A program made the position numbers and the translations under genes. A stretch of DNA of 64,000 nt from the human T2T-CHM13v2.0 reference genome, Homo sapiens. The DNA lies in NCBI RefSeq assembly GCF_009914755.1, contig NC_060925.1; one strand, given 5' to 3'. The notes under the pieces are model-generated. The model had not been told where the DNA came from. It did not search any database and saw only the letters and a program-made list of their open reading frames with translations. Shown here piece after piece: positions 1 to 12,865 of the stretch (position 1 is the stretch's first letter; each line of letters begins with the position of its first letter).

Positions 1-658
1 TGAGAAAAAAGAAAATGCTACACTTAGAAAGTGATTATCTCAAAGTTACTCTGAGGTTTGGGAGCTATAAAATATCAATTCGTACATTTCTAGAATACTG
101 TTTTCAATTTCTATGCTTATCACGGGCTCTGCAAAAGACAAAGCTGTACACTTCAATCTGATTTGACCAGCTTTGATAAATGATCTAAGATTTGTAAAAT
201 AAAAGATGCTTTAAAATTTTTATAGAACGTATATCCAATGAATATAATTTTAATCCAACTTATAAACCCTGTCAGTAAACTGAGTACATAAATATGTACA
301 TTAACTTTTAAATTCACAAAATTTTATCTTCTTTAAAATAATACATTATAGTGATAAAGGTAGACTGTAATAACAGTCAATGAGGTGTTCACAAATAAAA
401 ATAGATCTGACTAAATAGTCTTAATATGTTTTTCATAGGGTTTGAATAATGAGAAGGATCATTATAGGGAAATGTATTTTTCTCTTGTAATTAACTGTTA
501 TAGCACAAAAAAAACACTGATTGTCGGACTATTTTTAATAGTACTCAATTTATTAGCACACACTGATTGGTAAATTTTATTCCTACAATGGGACTTTCTT
601 AGTCGAGTTGTACATCATATGGCATAGAAAAGCAATCCTCAATTTTATTTTGTTTCAG

Positions 659-835
659 AATTTTGTGATATGCCTGTTTTTGAGAATTCCAGAGCCAAGA
701 GTAATGGCATGTGGTTTAAGCTCCATGACACATTGGACTATGAATGCTATGATGGATATGAAAGCAGTTATGGAAACACCACAGATTCCATAGTGTGTGG
801 TGAAGATGGCTGGTCCCATTTGCCAACATGCTATA
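659..835 (+). CDS. CFHR4: CFHR4 internal exon, SCR3 of FHR-4A (FH SCR9-like)
   Basis: tttcag|AA..TATA|gtaagt; 177 nt, phase 1-1; [34 protein letters not shown]...GWSHLPTCY, four-Cys/Trp sushi pattern. Confidence 0.96.
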
Positions 836-1113
836 GTAAGTATTTTATTCAAGTATTTCTTTTTACTAGAATTAAACAAATAGAAACATACATATGTATA
901 TGTACACATATGTGTATGAATACATATGTGTACATATACATGTAGTCCTCATTTGAGTGTGAATTACCTTGAAACTTAAAAAAAAAGGTTGAAAATACAA
1001 ATGTCTTCCTAAGAAATCAAATAAGATACATTTAAGAGTATATAAAAAGCTTTATTCAGAAAGTTTCCAATAAAACTGTTGATTTTTCCCCAATGTAAAG
1101 TATTTTTTTTCAG

Positions 1114-1296
1114 ATTCTTCAGAAAACTGTGGGCCTCCTCCACCTATTAGCAATGGAGATACCACGTCCTTCCCGCAAAAAGTGTATCTGCCATGGTCAA
1201 GAGTCGAGTACCAGTGCCAGTCCTACTATGAACTTCAGGGTTCTAAATATGTAACATGTAGTAATGGAGACTGGTCAGAACCACCAAGATGCATAT
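1114..1296 (+). CDS. CFHR4: CFHR4 internal exon, SCR4 (FH SCR19-like)
   Basis: ttttcag|ATTC..ATAT|gtaagt; 183 nt; [61 protein letters not shown] (translated by hand, not in ORF track). Confidence 0.96.
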
Positions 1297-1683
1297 GTAA
1301 GTTCTTAATATTCTGGATCTGAGAAAATTAGAGTAATAACTTTGATCCTTGTTTATTTATACTAAAATTTTTATGGGTTATTACCCTAGAACTGTGTTCA
1401 CAAACAGCTATTCTGCTGAATATTTGCCTTTCAGATCTTAATATATAAGTGTATAAGCTTGGAAAATTTTATGTAAACAATGACAAAGTTTCCTTTTAAA
1501 AACAGGAATGTTCAGAGACCTCAATTTGTTAATGGACACAATGAGTTTTCAAGAATGATATCCATTTATTGCACACATATGAAATACAGCATCTCACCTT
1601 AACATCAATAACCATTTTCACATTATTAATACTTAGGTAAACAGTTTTCAAAGAGTTTTGAAAACACTGTTTTAAAAACCATG

Positions 1684-2103
1684 GATGTGGAACCAACCCA
1701 AATGTCCAGACCCAAATGACAGACTAGATAAAGAAAATGTGGCACATGTACACCATGGAATACTATGCAGCCATAAAAATGGATACGTTCATGTCCATGT
1801 CAAAAGTGACATGGAGGAAGCTGGAAACCATCCTTCTCAGCAAACTATCACAAGAACAGAAAACCTAGCACCACATGTTCTCACTCAGATGTGGGAACTG
1901 AACAAGGAGAACAGGTGGACTCAGGGAGGGGAACATCACACACCAGGGTCTGTCACAGGATGGGGAGCTAGGGGAGGGATAGCATTAAGAGAAACACCTA
2001 ATGTAGGTGATGGGTTGATGGGTGCAGCAAACCACCATGGCACATGTATTCCTATGTAAAAAAACTGCATGTCCTGCACATGTACCCCGAACTTAAAGTA
2101 TAA
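1684..2103 (+). mobile_element. 5'-truncated L1PA 3' end, only in copy A
   Basis: L1 3'UTR sequence; TSD TAAAAACCATG at 1673-1683 and 2104-2114; empty site AAAAACCACG in copy B (~9681). Confidence 0.9.
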
Positions 2104-3520
2104 TAAAAACCATGCACTATTAACTAAAATCCTACTTGAAAACCTGAAATGCTTCCTGATAGAGCACATAGCTAGTTAACACTGAGAAGTTCTTTCTCTG
2201 ATTATTGTTTTTTTCTTACACTTTACCAGTATTTCTAGCAAGAAAGAAAGAAATTAACAGAAAGCTCAGCCATTTCCAAATGCCAATGCTTTCTGTTTTC
2301 ACCTTCATCTCCTCTCCCCTCGTCCCAGAATGAAAATGAATACACTAAAAAGCCCTCAAGTCTGTAATACAGGTATACTCTTAGAATTTTGTCCCACAAA
2401 TCCTATGAACTTGAAGAAACACAATTCAAAAAATATGAGCCAAAATAATTATGGCAGCAAAAAGAAAACCTAAAAGAAAATTTGCCACAAATTTCTACTA
2501 GCCTATGAGGTAGAGAACTGAGATACCCATCAGGCCTTGCATATCAGATAACTTATTCCTGTCACAGCTCTTAAACTGTAAACTCACGAGTTTTCCAAAT
2601 GCTCAAGTTCCTAAGTACAGGATGATACAAGCAGTTCTTTTCTGTGATATGACTCATTTCTTTTATTTTGATGCTATGCTACCTTTTACCTTTTATATTG
2701 ACTGATGATGCTGATATTTTGGCTGATCCTATGATGGGCTAAACCTTAATTATTGTCCCTATTTATGTATCCACTTCTGTAGATGATCATGTGTAAGTCC
2801 GGGCTCCAAACCATGCAAGTGGCAAGACTGCAGAGGAAAATTCGTATCCTCAAATCAAAATAGTTTACAAGTATCTTTGAACATGATTTCATAGGAAAAA
2901 TTTAGTATTAGGTTTCAGAGATAAATTCTGAGTCTTAAATTTGATTGACTGAGGAGATGGACACTCCTAAGATGGATTTCACAGCAAAATCATTACCTCT
3001 TCTCATAATCAAGAACAGGAAAGGATTATAATTATCTGAGGACATAAGATCAGTTCCATGATACAAGCAAGACTTTCAGTCTTAAAATCTAAAGAAGCAA
3101 AGAGCATTCAAGCAGGGAATTCTAGGGAAAAAGGCAACCTTATGAAAAATATTACATATACATATGGCATATTAAAGTAATAAGGAAAACATTCCAGAAC
3201 AGCAGGAAACTTTAGAAACTTTTGAAAAATATGTTTGGAGAAGTATGTAGTGCTCAAATAATATTTATTTTTGAATTGTAAACAGCCCCTGAATGTATTG
3301 AAGAGATCTTAAAAATTTTTGGATTTCAAAAGTGATATGTACTATGTTAAGAAATTTATTTAAGTGCTTGAAAGATGGATTAAAATATGATTTGGGGAAA
3401 TTTCTAAAGAAATACTAATGTTAATAAGGGCTAGACTTGAGTGCAGAATACTTGCATCAAAAGGAGAGAAGAGGAGTGAATGATATCATCAAAAATGAAA
3501 AGTTTACCATGGAAGAACTG

Positions 3521-3650
3521 GGCTTAATACCTAGCGTATGGGTTGATAGGTGGAGCTAACCACCATGGCACACATTTACCTATGTAACAAACCTTCACAT
3601 CCTACACATGTATCCAGGGAACTTAAAAAATAATTATAAAATTTAAAAAA
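3521..3650 (+). mobile_element. Short L1 3'-end fragment (shared with copy B at ~11112-11225)
   Basis: GGCTTAATACCTAG...CACCATGGCACACATTTACCTATG...ACTTAAAA. Confidence 0.8.
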
Positions 3651-3668
3651 AAATCTAAAAGAAAACCA

Positions 3669-3980
<312 letters not shown>

Positions 3981-4078
3981 CATTATTTGGAAGGTAACAT
4001 AATCAAAACAGTCATCTCTTATATCATTGTCTGTTACAGTGAAACATTATTTATACTATTTTTGTTTTTTGTTACAAG

Positions 4079-4276
4079 CAATGAAACCTTGTGAGTTTCC
4101 AGAAATTCAACATGGACATCTATATTATGAGAATACGCGTAGACCATACTTTCCAGTAGCTACAGGACAATCTTACTCCTATTACTGTGACCAAAATTTT
4201 GTGACTCCTTCAGGAAGTTACTGGGATTACATTCACTGCACACAAGATGGGTGGTTGCCAACAGTCCCATGCCTCA
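4079..4276 (+). CDS. CFHR4: CFHR4 internal exon, SCR5 (FH SCR6-like)
   Basis: ttacaag|CA..CTCA|gtaagc; 198 nt; [41 protein letters not shown]...GWLPTVPCL. Confidence 0.95.
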
Positions 4277-4707
4277 GTAAGCAAACCTCTTTACAACAAT
4301 ATGTGCATAAAACTTGCAAAGAATGGAGAGAGAAGAGCAAACAAATGATTACATTGTCTTATATGACAGAGATGGTACCAAAGGAAGAGTTGTTCATGCA
4401 AAAACACCAAACTAGATCTTTTCTGTTATGAGACCTTCATGAAAATCACATGAGAAATAAATATAGGAACCTTATGAGAATACCTATATAATTTAAACAT
4501 ATTTTATCATAAAAACTAAAGATAAGTAACATTGAATACTGACCTTTTTGTACAAACATTTAGTAGTAGCTTTAGTTTTCCTTCAGTGATACGTCATTTT
4601 TGTGTACTGATGCAGTCTTATTTAAATATTCAAAAAATTATTTTAATATACTATTTTGATCAAATTCATGTTTCTAATCTACCTTTTAATCATTTTATGG
4701 TCTTTAG

Positions 4708-4883
4708 GACAATGTATTCTCAGTTATTTGGAGAATGGATATAACACAAAATATGAAGGAATATCTTTACAGAGTCAATCTGTAAAAGTTGAGGATATCC
4801 TGGCTACAGTCTTTCAAATGTGCAGACCACAGTTCCATGTACAGAGGATGAATGGTCTCCTCCTCCCAGATGCATTCGTGTCA
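4708..4883 (+). pseudogene. Frameshifted SCR pseudoexon (FH SCR7 / FHR-3 SCR2-like) in a CFHR4 intron
   Basis: ggtctttag|GA acceptor; [29 protein letters not shown], then a 1-nt deletion at the 2nd Cys (~4794), then [29 protein letters not shown]; donor A|gttagt; 176 nt versus 177 nt for the homologous CFHR2 exon 3. Confidence 0.9.
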
Positions 4884-6537
4884 GTTAGTCCACTTGTTTG
4901 AGACCCCAGTATGTCCTTAACTGTCTAAGATCTACACCTTTAACTGGAAAATTTTGTATATCAACTCTCAAGCTGAATATATGTCTTTTTTATTTTTAAA
5001 TAGAAGCCTAGCTAGCTTTCAGTTCCAAATGTGTCTGAATACATTTATAATTTCTGGATAATGAGTGGATTCTGTCACTTAATAGTCAAGTAACAATAGA
5101 AATATAAATCATGAATAGCACAAAATAAATAGACTACGGATTAAAGTAACATTGCTTCAGTATTTATATTGAAATCATGCTAAATGCATTGATTTAAGTA
5201 GATTATAAAATTATAGCATTAATTTAAAAATAAATATAATGCTTGCCCAAAGGTCACTGCTACATCTCTCACAATTATGTCATATCTATTTTTATAGTTA
5301 ATGCTCTGTTGCTTTAAATTAAGGCTGATCTTCAGTTATAGCTGACTTTCACTTTTTAGGTAAAGGGGTCTCTGAAAGTTGTTTGTGTGTATTGCTTGCA
5401 ATTTACCAAACATTCCATTATAGAAACCATATGAATATTATGATATAATTGAGATGAAAGACAATGGGAATCTTCTTACCCCTTTGTAAGAGCAACTGTC
5501 CTCAACAATAGGCCTAAGCCACTGAAAGAAAAGTCCCTTTTTCTCCTGCCATAGGCACCAACTCTATCATTAATCCACCTAATAAATATTGTTGTGTGTC
5601 AAGCACTTTATAGGTATTGAAAATAAAACTGTTTACAATAGAAACTGAACACTGTAGTTTAGAGGCTGGAGGAGATTAATAGGAAAGTAGGCAAGAATAG
5701 ATCAGAAAACTCATGATTATGACAAATGCTATATTATAAATATGCATCATCTTTAACATGATTTTTCTTTCAGATAGTAAAATTAGTCCATTTACATTTG
5801 TTTTCTAATTACTAATTAGAAAAGAACATATACATTACTAATATCTTAAAACATATACATTACTAAAATAATTACTACCTTATACATATACCCATTAGTA
5901 ATGTATAGAACACATACATTACTAATATATAAAGAACAAATACATTGCTAATATATTAGAACTTATTTTTGCTATCTTATTTGCTTTCTTTTTTCTGCTT
6001 ACATTTCCACATGCCTCTCAAACACCACGTCTATATGGGTTTAAGCACCCACTTAAGATGACGACCACTTTAAATTCTTGGAGACAAAGGATTTACAAAA
6101 TTACTTTCTTGCCTATGGTAGCAGTGTGTACCGTATCTTTGCCTGGGAAATGGCATTTGACTTAAGGAGGTTTAAGACCCCTTAATAGTACCAAAAATAC
6201 TCAGGTTGTTGCAAAGTAGCCAGAAAGTCTTCCAAAATATCATTAGGGACTTGAGAGTCTGCTAGATCTGCATTCCTTAAGGCCCGCCAGAGCTCTGTTG
6301 ACAGTCTCAAGGATTCTTTGCTTTTATTCTGCCCTTCCCTGTGTCTTCAACATTTCCTTCAGAAATTCGTGGTTTCCTTTAAGAACACGGATGTCTAGGA
6401 AACTTCCAGTTTTGCTGTTTTCAATTCATTAACAAATGTTTCATTGTTTTGCCATATTGCCATGTTTTTACTTGTTCCCTCCTATAAAAGAAGTATTCAA
6501 CAAATATTTACTTTTTTCTCTACTTTTTCTATTTTAG

Positions 6538-6720
6538 GAACATGCTCAAAATCAGATATAGAAATTGAAAATGGATTCATTTCTGAATCTTCCTCTATTT
6601 ATATTTTAAATAAAGAAATACAATATAAATGTAAACCAGGATATGCAACAGCAGATGGAAATTCTTCAGGTTCAATTACATGTTTGCAAAATGGATGGTC
6701 AGCACAACCAATTTGCATTA
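6538..6720 (+). CDS. CFHR4: CFHR4 internal exon, SCR6 (FH SCR8-like)
   Basis: ttttag|GA..ATTA|gtaagt; 183 nt; [36 protein letters not shown]...GWSAQPICI. Confidence 0.96.
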
Positions 6721-8292
6721 GTAAGTGATTTACATATTCCCATTCAGTTTCTGTCAACTTCGTTCCTCTCTTTGAGATGATAGTGTTTTACTTAAAAATA
6801 TAGAAAACACTTTTAGGAGTAAAGAGATACAAATACTTCTAAAACCATTCAACATTCTGTGCCAAATTAAGTCTTTTGCATGTTTAGAGTAATGGCTACT
6901 TGGGAAGATGATCATTTCATCTCTTACAACTCAATCTGCCTTTACATAAAAGCAATCTTATCATGTACAGACTAGTTAGGGAGCTGCATGAGAATAACAG
7001 CAAAATGTGTTGGTTGCCATTAAAAACTTCGTTGTTTTCCCTTTCTTTGTATTTCAAAATTATCAACTGCTTGTATTGCATTCCTTGCTCACACTCAGAA
7101 AAGCTGTACATGTCGGGGGAGAAATGAGTGCTTAATTCTGAATTTCTGCTAGCATCAGGAGAATCAGACCATAATAATTTGTATCAATGATGCTACTGAG
7201 GATATCCAATCAAAAAATTATCTCTACCCTATTGTTTACTACAGAGAAAACAAGTAAAGGAAAAGGGTAGGTGGGTGGGCTGAATGTTTACAAACCTCCT
7301 ACCTGCCAATGGATTCTTTACATGTAAAGTTCTCTGAACATGCTCGACCTTTACTTATTATGATAAAGAGATTGCATAATGAACAAAGGAAATCTTTCAG
7401 TGGCAAAAGTTGATTTTTTTTCTTTCCTCTTTATATATTCACAAAGATTTTTAAAGATAAATTGCCTAATGTATTTTTAACCCAGATACTGTTGTATAAT
7501 TTACATACTCCCAAATCCACTTCATTATCAAGGGTACAATTCAACTATTTTTAGCCATGAGATAATATGGAACCTTGATACATAATACAACATGGATGAC
7601 TCTCAAAAATACTAGGCTAAGTGAGAAAAAAGAAAGACACATTTACAAAGTGATTATCTCAATGTTACCATGAGTTTTGGGGGCTATATCAATTCCTACA
7701 TTTCTAGAATACTGTTTTCAATTTCTATGCTTATCATGGGCTCTGTGTAAAGAAAAAGGTGTATACTTCAATTTTACTCAGCTTTGATAAATGATCTACT
7801 TTAAAACTTGTAAAATAAAAGACAGGATGCTTCATAAATTTTTATAGAACTTATATCCAATTAATATAATTTTTATCTAATATATACACCCTTACTGTTA
7901 GTAAATCGTTACATAACTACATAAATGGTTTCGTTAACTTTTAAATTCACAAAATTTTATCATCTTTAAAATAATAGATTGTAGTATCATAGTAGTAGAC
8001 TTTAATAACAGCCAATGAGATTTTTCACAAATAAAAATAGGTCTGACCAAATGTTTCTAATATATTTTCACAGGATTTGAATGATAAGAAAGAATATACA
8101 GAGAGAAATATATTTAACTATTGTAATTAACTATTATAGCACAAAAAGCACTGATTGTCAGACTATTTTTAATAGTACTCAATTTATTAGCACACACTGA
8201 TTGGTAAATTTTATCCCTACAATGGGACTTTCTTAGTTGAGTTGTGCATCGTATGGCATAGAAAAGCAATCCTCAATTTTATTTTGTTTCAG

Positions 8293-8469
8293 AATTTTGT
8301 GATATGCCTGTTTTTGAGAATTCCAGAGCCAAGAGTAATGGCATGCGGTTTAAGCTCCATGACACATTGGACTACGAATGCTACGATGGATATGAAATCA
8401 GTTATGGAAACACCACAGGTTCCATAGTGTGTGGTGAAGATGGGTGGTCCCATTTCCCAACATGTTATA
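8293..8469 (+). CDS. CFHR4: CFHR4 internal exon, SCR7
   Basis: tttcag|AA..TATA|gtaagt; 177 nt; near-identical paralogue of 659-835 (NGMRFKL versus NGMWFKL). Confidence 0.96.
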
Positions 8470-8753
8470 GTAAGTATTTTATTCAAGTATTTTTTATTAG
8501 AATTAAATAAAATAATAGACACCTACATATGTATATGTACACATATGTGTGTACATATATGTACATATATATGTAGTCCTCCTATGAGTGTGAATTATCT
8601 TGAGACTTAAAAAAAAAAAAAACAACGTTGAAAATGCAGATGTCTTCCTAAGAAATCAAATAAGATACAGTTAAGAGTATATAAAAAGCTTTATTTAGAA
8701 AGTTTCCAATAAGACTATTGATTTTTCCCCACATATAAAGTATTTTTTTTCAG

Positions 8754-8936
8754 ATTCTTCAGAAAAGTGTGGGCCTCCTCCACCTATTAGCAATGGTGAT
8801 ACCACCTCCTTTCTACTAAAAGTGTATGTGCCACAGTCAAGAGTCGAGTACCAATGCCAGTCCTACTATGAACTTCAGGGTTCTAATTATGTAACATGTA
8901 GTAATGGAGAGTGGTCGGAACCACCAAGATGCATAC
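8754..8936 (+). CDS. CFHR4: CFHR4 internal exon, SCR8 (FH SCR19-like)
   Basis: ttttcag|ATTC..ATAC|gtaagt; 183 nt; [61 protein letters not shown]. Confidence 0.96.
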
Positions 8937-9153
8937 GTAAGTTCTTAAAATTCTAGATCCTGAGAAAATCAGAGTAATAAGTTTGATATTTGCTTTTTTA
9001 TACTAGAATTTTTATGGGTTATTACCCTAGAACTGTGTTCACAAACAGCTATTCTGCTGAATGTTTGCCTTTCAGATCTTAATATATAAGTGTATAAGCT
9101 TGGAAAATTCCATGTAAACAATGACCAAGTTTCTTTTTTAAAACAGGAATGTC

Positions 9154-9536
<383 letters not shown>

Positions 9537-11719
9537 TTAATGGATACAATGAGTCTTCAAGAATGACATCCATTTATTGCGCACATATGAAATATGGCAT
9601 CTCAGCTTAACACCAGTAATCATTTTCACATTATTAACACTGAGGTAGAGTTTTCAAACAGTTATGAAAACACTGTTTCAAAAAACCACGAACTATTAAA
9701 TCCTCCTTGAAAACATGAAATTTTTCCGGATAGAATACATAGCTGGTTAACACTGAGAAGTTCTTTCTCTGATTATTATTCTTACTTATATTTTATCAGT
9801 ATTCCTAGCAAGCAACAAAGAAATTAACGAAACTTCAGCCATTTCCACAACCCATTGCTTTTCCATTTTTACCTTATTCTCCTCTTCCCTTATACCATAA
9901 TCAAAATGAATACACTAAAAACCCCTCAAGCCAGTAATATAGGTATACTTCTAGAATTTTGTCCCCCAAGTACTATGAACTTGAAGCAACACAATTCAAA
10001 AAAATATAAGGCACAATAATTATGGCAACAACAAGAAAACCTAAAAGAAAACTTGCCACAAGTTTCTACTAGCCTATGAGGTAGAGCCCTGGGATACCCA
10101 TCAGTCCTTGCATGTCAGATAACCTATTCCTATCACAGCTCTTAAACTATAAGTTCATGAGTTTTTCAAGTGCTCAAGTTCCTAAGTAAAGGATGATACA
10201 AGCCGTTCTTTTCTGTGATGTGACTCATTTCCTTTATTTTGATGCTATGCTACCTTTTACCTTTCATATTGACTGATGACGCTGATATTTTGGCTGATCT
10301 TACAATGGGCTAAACCTTAATTATTGTCCCCTACTTAGGTATCCACTTCTGTAGATGATCATGTCCAAGTTTGAGCTCCAAACTATGCAAGTGGCAAGAC
10401 TGAAGAAGAAATTAGTATCCTCAAATCAAAATAGTTTACAAGTATCTTCAAACTTGATTTCATAGAAAAGTGTTAGGTTTCAGAGATAAATTCTGAGTCT
10501 CAAATTTGATTGAATGGGGAGATGGACACTCCTAAGATGGGTTTCACAGCAAAAGCATTACCTCTTCTCACAATCAAGAACAGGAAAGGATTATAATTAT
10601 CTGAAGATACAAGATCAGTTCCATGATACAAGCAAGACTTTCAGTCTTCAAAACTAAAGAAGCAAAGAGCATTCAAGCACAGAATTCTAGGGAAAAAGGC
10701 AACCTTATGGAAAAGATTACATATACATATGGCATATTAAAGCAATGAGGAAAACTTTCCCAGGCAGCAGGAAACTTTAGAAAGTTTTGGAAAATATGTT
10801 TGGAGAAGTATTTAGAGTTCAAATAATATTTATTTTTGAATTGTAAACAGCCTCTGAATGTATTGAAGAGCTCTTAAAATTTTTTGGATCTCAAAAGTGA
10901 TATGTACTATGTTAAGAAATTTATTTAAGTAAGTACTTGAAAGATGTATTAAAATATGATTGGGGAAATTTCTAAAGAAATGCTAATGCTAATAAGGGCT
11001 AAACTAGAATGCAGAATACTTGAGTCAAAAGAAGAGATAGGTGAGTGAATGATATCATCAAAAATGAAAAGCTTGCTATGTAAGAACTGACATTTTTATC
11101 ATGTAAGAATTAGGCTTAATACCTAGGGTATGGGTTGATAGGTACAGCAAACCACCATGGCACACATTTACCTATGGAACAAACCTGCACATCCTGCACA
11201 TGTACCCTGGAACTTAAAAAAAAATTATAAATTTTTTTACAAAAGAATTTTATAAAAGAAAACCCATATGTGGAAGTAACATTATCTTACTGATTTTACA
11301 GATGAAGGCATAGTGAGATAGAGTAATTTGTCCATAATCATGTAGGGATTCACATTAACTCCTGTGTGCTTATCCTTGCCTCTTTAAAATAGAAAATGAA
11401 GATGACAGGGATAGATGATGGTGATAGAGAGAGAGATAATTGACAGATATTGAGGTGTATGTATGTATGTATGTATGTATGTATATATAGAGAGTTTTAT
11501 TTTAATAGATGACTATTAGAAAGATTATACCTTTCTACAGTTCTTTTTCTACACTGTGGGCATAAGAGAAAAATATAAACATAGAATTAAATTAGCAAAA
11601 TGTGAGTACATTTGGAGTGCTTGTAGTCACGGCTTGTCAAATGGGGGAAAGGAGGATAAGTAACCATGACTCCAGTGGAACATGTTAGCATAATCCTTTT
11701 TGATATGAAGTCACTAGGG

Positions 11720-11850
11720 TGGACACAACATGTTTTAGGGAAGAAGAGTTCAGGCTCTAGAGAAAGACTGCCAGGGTTCACGTTTATCACCTCACCTGAT
11801 GATCTCTGCTGTGACGTTGGGGAAGTGCAACTGAACTTATTATATTTGTG
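11720..11850 (+). mobile_element. Probable MIR fragment
   Basis: CAGGCTCTAGAG..AGACTGCCAGGGTTCA..CTGTGACGTTGGGGAAGT resembles the MIR core. Confidence 0.5.
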
Positions 11851-12006
11851 AAATGCTAAAGTCAGTATGTAGCACAAATTAATAACTATTAACTATTTGG
11901 ATTATTTTATAATTTTATTTTATCCTAAACTACTCATTAGGATGCATTTTATTTGCTCATGAAAGGCAAGATTATGATTGTTAATTGTTTCTTTTTCTGC
12001 TTTCAG

Positions 12007-12203
12007 ATCCATGTATAATAACTGAAGAAAACATGAATAAAAATAACATACAGTTAAAAGGAAAAAGTGACATAAAATATTATGCAAAAACAGGGGATAC
12101 CATTGAATTTATGTGTAAATTGGGATATAATGCGAATACATCAGTTCTATCATTTCAAGCAGTGTGTAGGGAAGGCATAGTGGAATACCCCAGATGCGAA
12201 TAA
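12007..12203 (+). CDS. CFHR4: CFHR4 terminal coding exon, SCR9 (FH SCR20-like)
   Basis: tttcag|AT CCA TGT; [41 protein letters not shown]...EYPRCE, TAA at 12201-12203. Confidence 0.97.
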
Positions 12204-12406
12204 GGCAGCATTGTTACCCTAAATGTATGTCCAACTTCCACTTCTCACTCTTATGGTCTCAAAGCTTGCAAAGATAGCTTCTGATATTGTTGTAATTTCT
12301 ACTTTATTTCAAAGAAAATTAATATAATAGTTTCAATTTGCAACTTAATATGTTCTCAAAAATATGTTAAAACAAACTAAATTATTGCTTATGCTTGTAC
12401 TAAAAT

Positions 12407-12412
12407 AATAAA
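12407..12412 (+). terminator. Candidate CFHR4 polyadenylation signal (another AATAAA at 12584-12589)
   Basis: AATAAA ~200 nt after the stop codon. Confidence 0.55.
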
Positions 12413-12865
12413 AACTACCCTTATATTGGACTTCCTATCAATGAATTAGTAAGTATAGAAACAGATAACTGAATGGCTTTCTGCATATTGTACAGTATAC
12501 CTAGACATAGAAACAAAATGACTTTAGACTTTATTTGGGGAAGTAATAATAACATAAAATTAGATGTTAAAATTGTAAGTGAAAATAAACACACTATAGT
12601 ATTCCCTTATTGCAGCCATGGTCCTCTAGATGCAGTTAACCAAATAGGGTCATTTTTATTAAAAGTAGTGTTTCCTGCCAAACACTGACATTACATCATT
12701 ATCATGATTTAAAGGAAAAAGTACTAAAGAAGGTGAATTATCATCATTTTCCTGTGAAAAAAGAAAAGAGGTTTTGCTAACCCTTTCAGAGCACTGGGAA
12801 CACAGCCAGAAGTGCATTAAATGTATATATTAACTTGGGCAATGCTGACACTTTAGGATGCTGAA

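Noticed and set aside
2775-2800. TTCTGTAG-ATGATCATGT-GTAAGT, a possible 10-nt microexon
   Set aside because: Frameshifting, donor absent in the paralogous copy (~10360), and no other support.
4884-6537. Search for an FHL-1-type SFTL terminal exon after the SCR7-like pseudoexon
   Set aside because: No matching sequence recognised.
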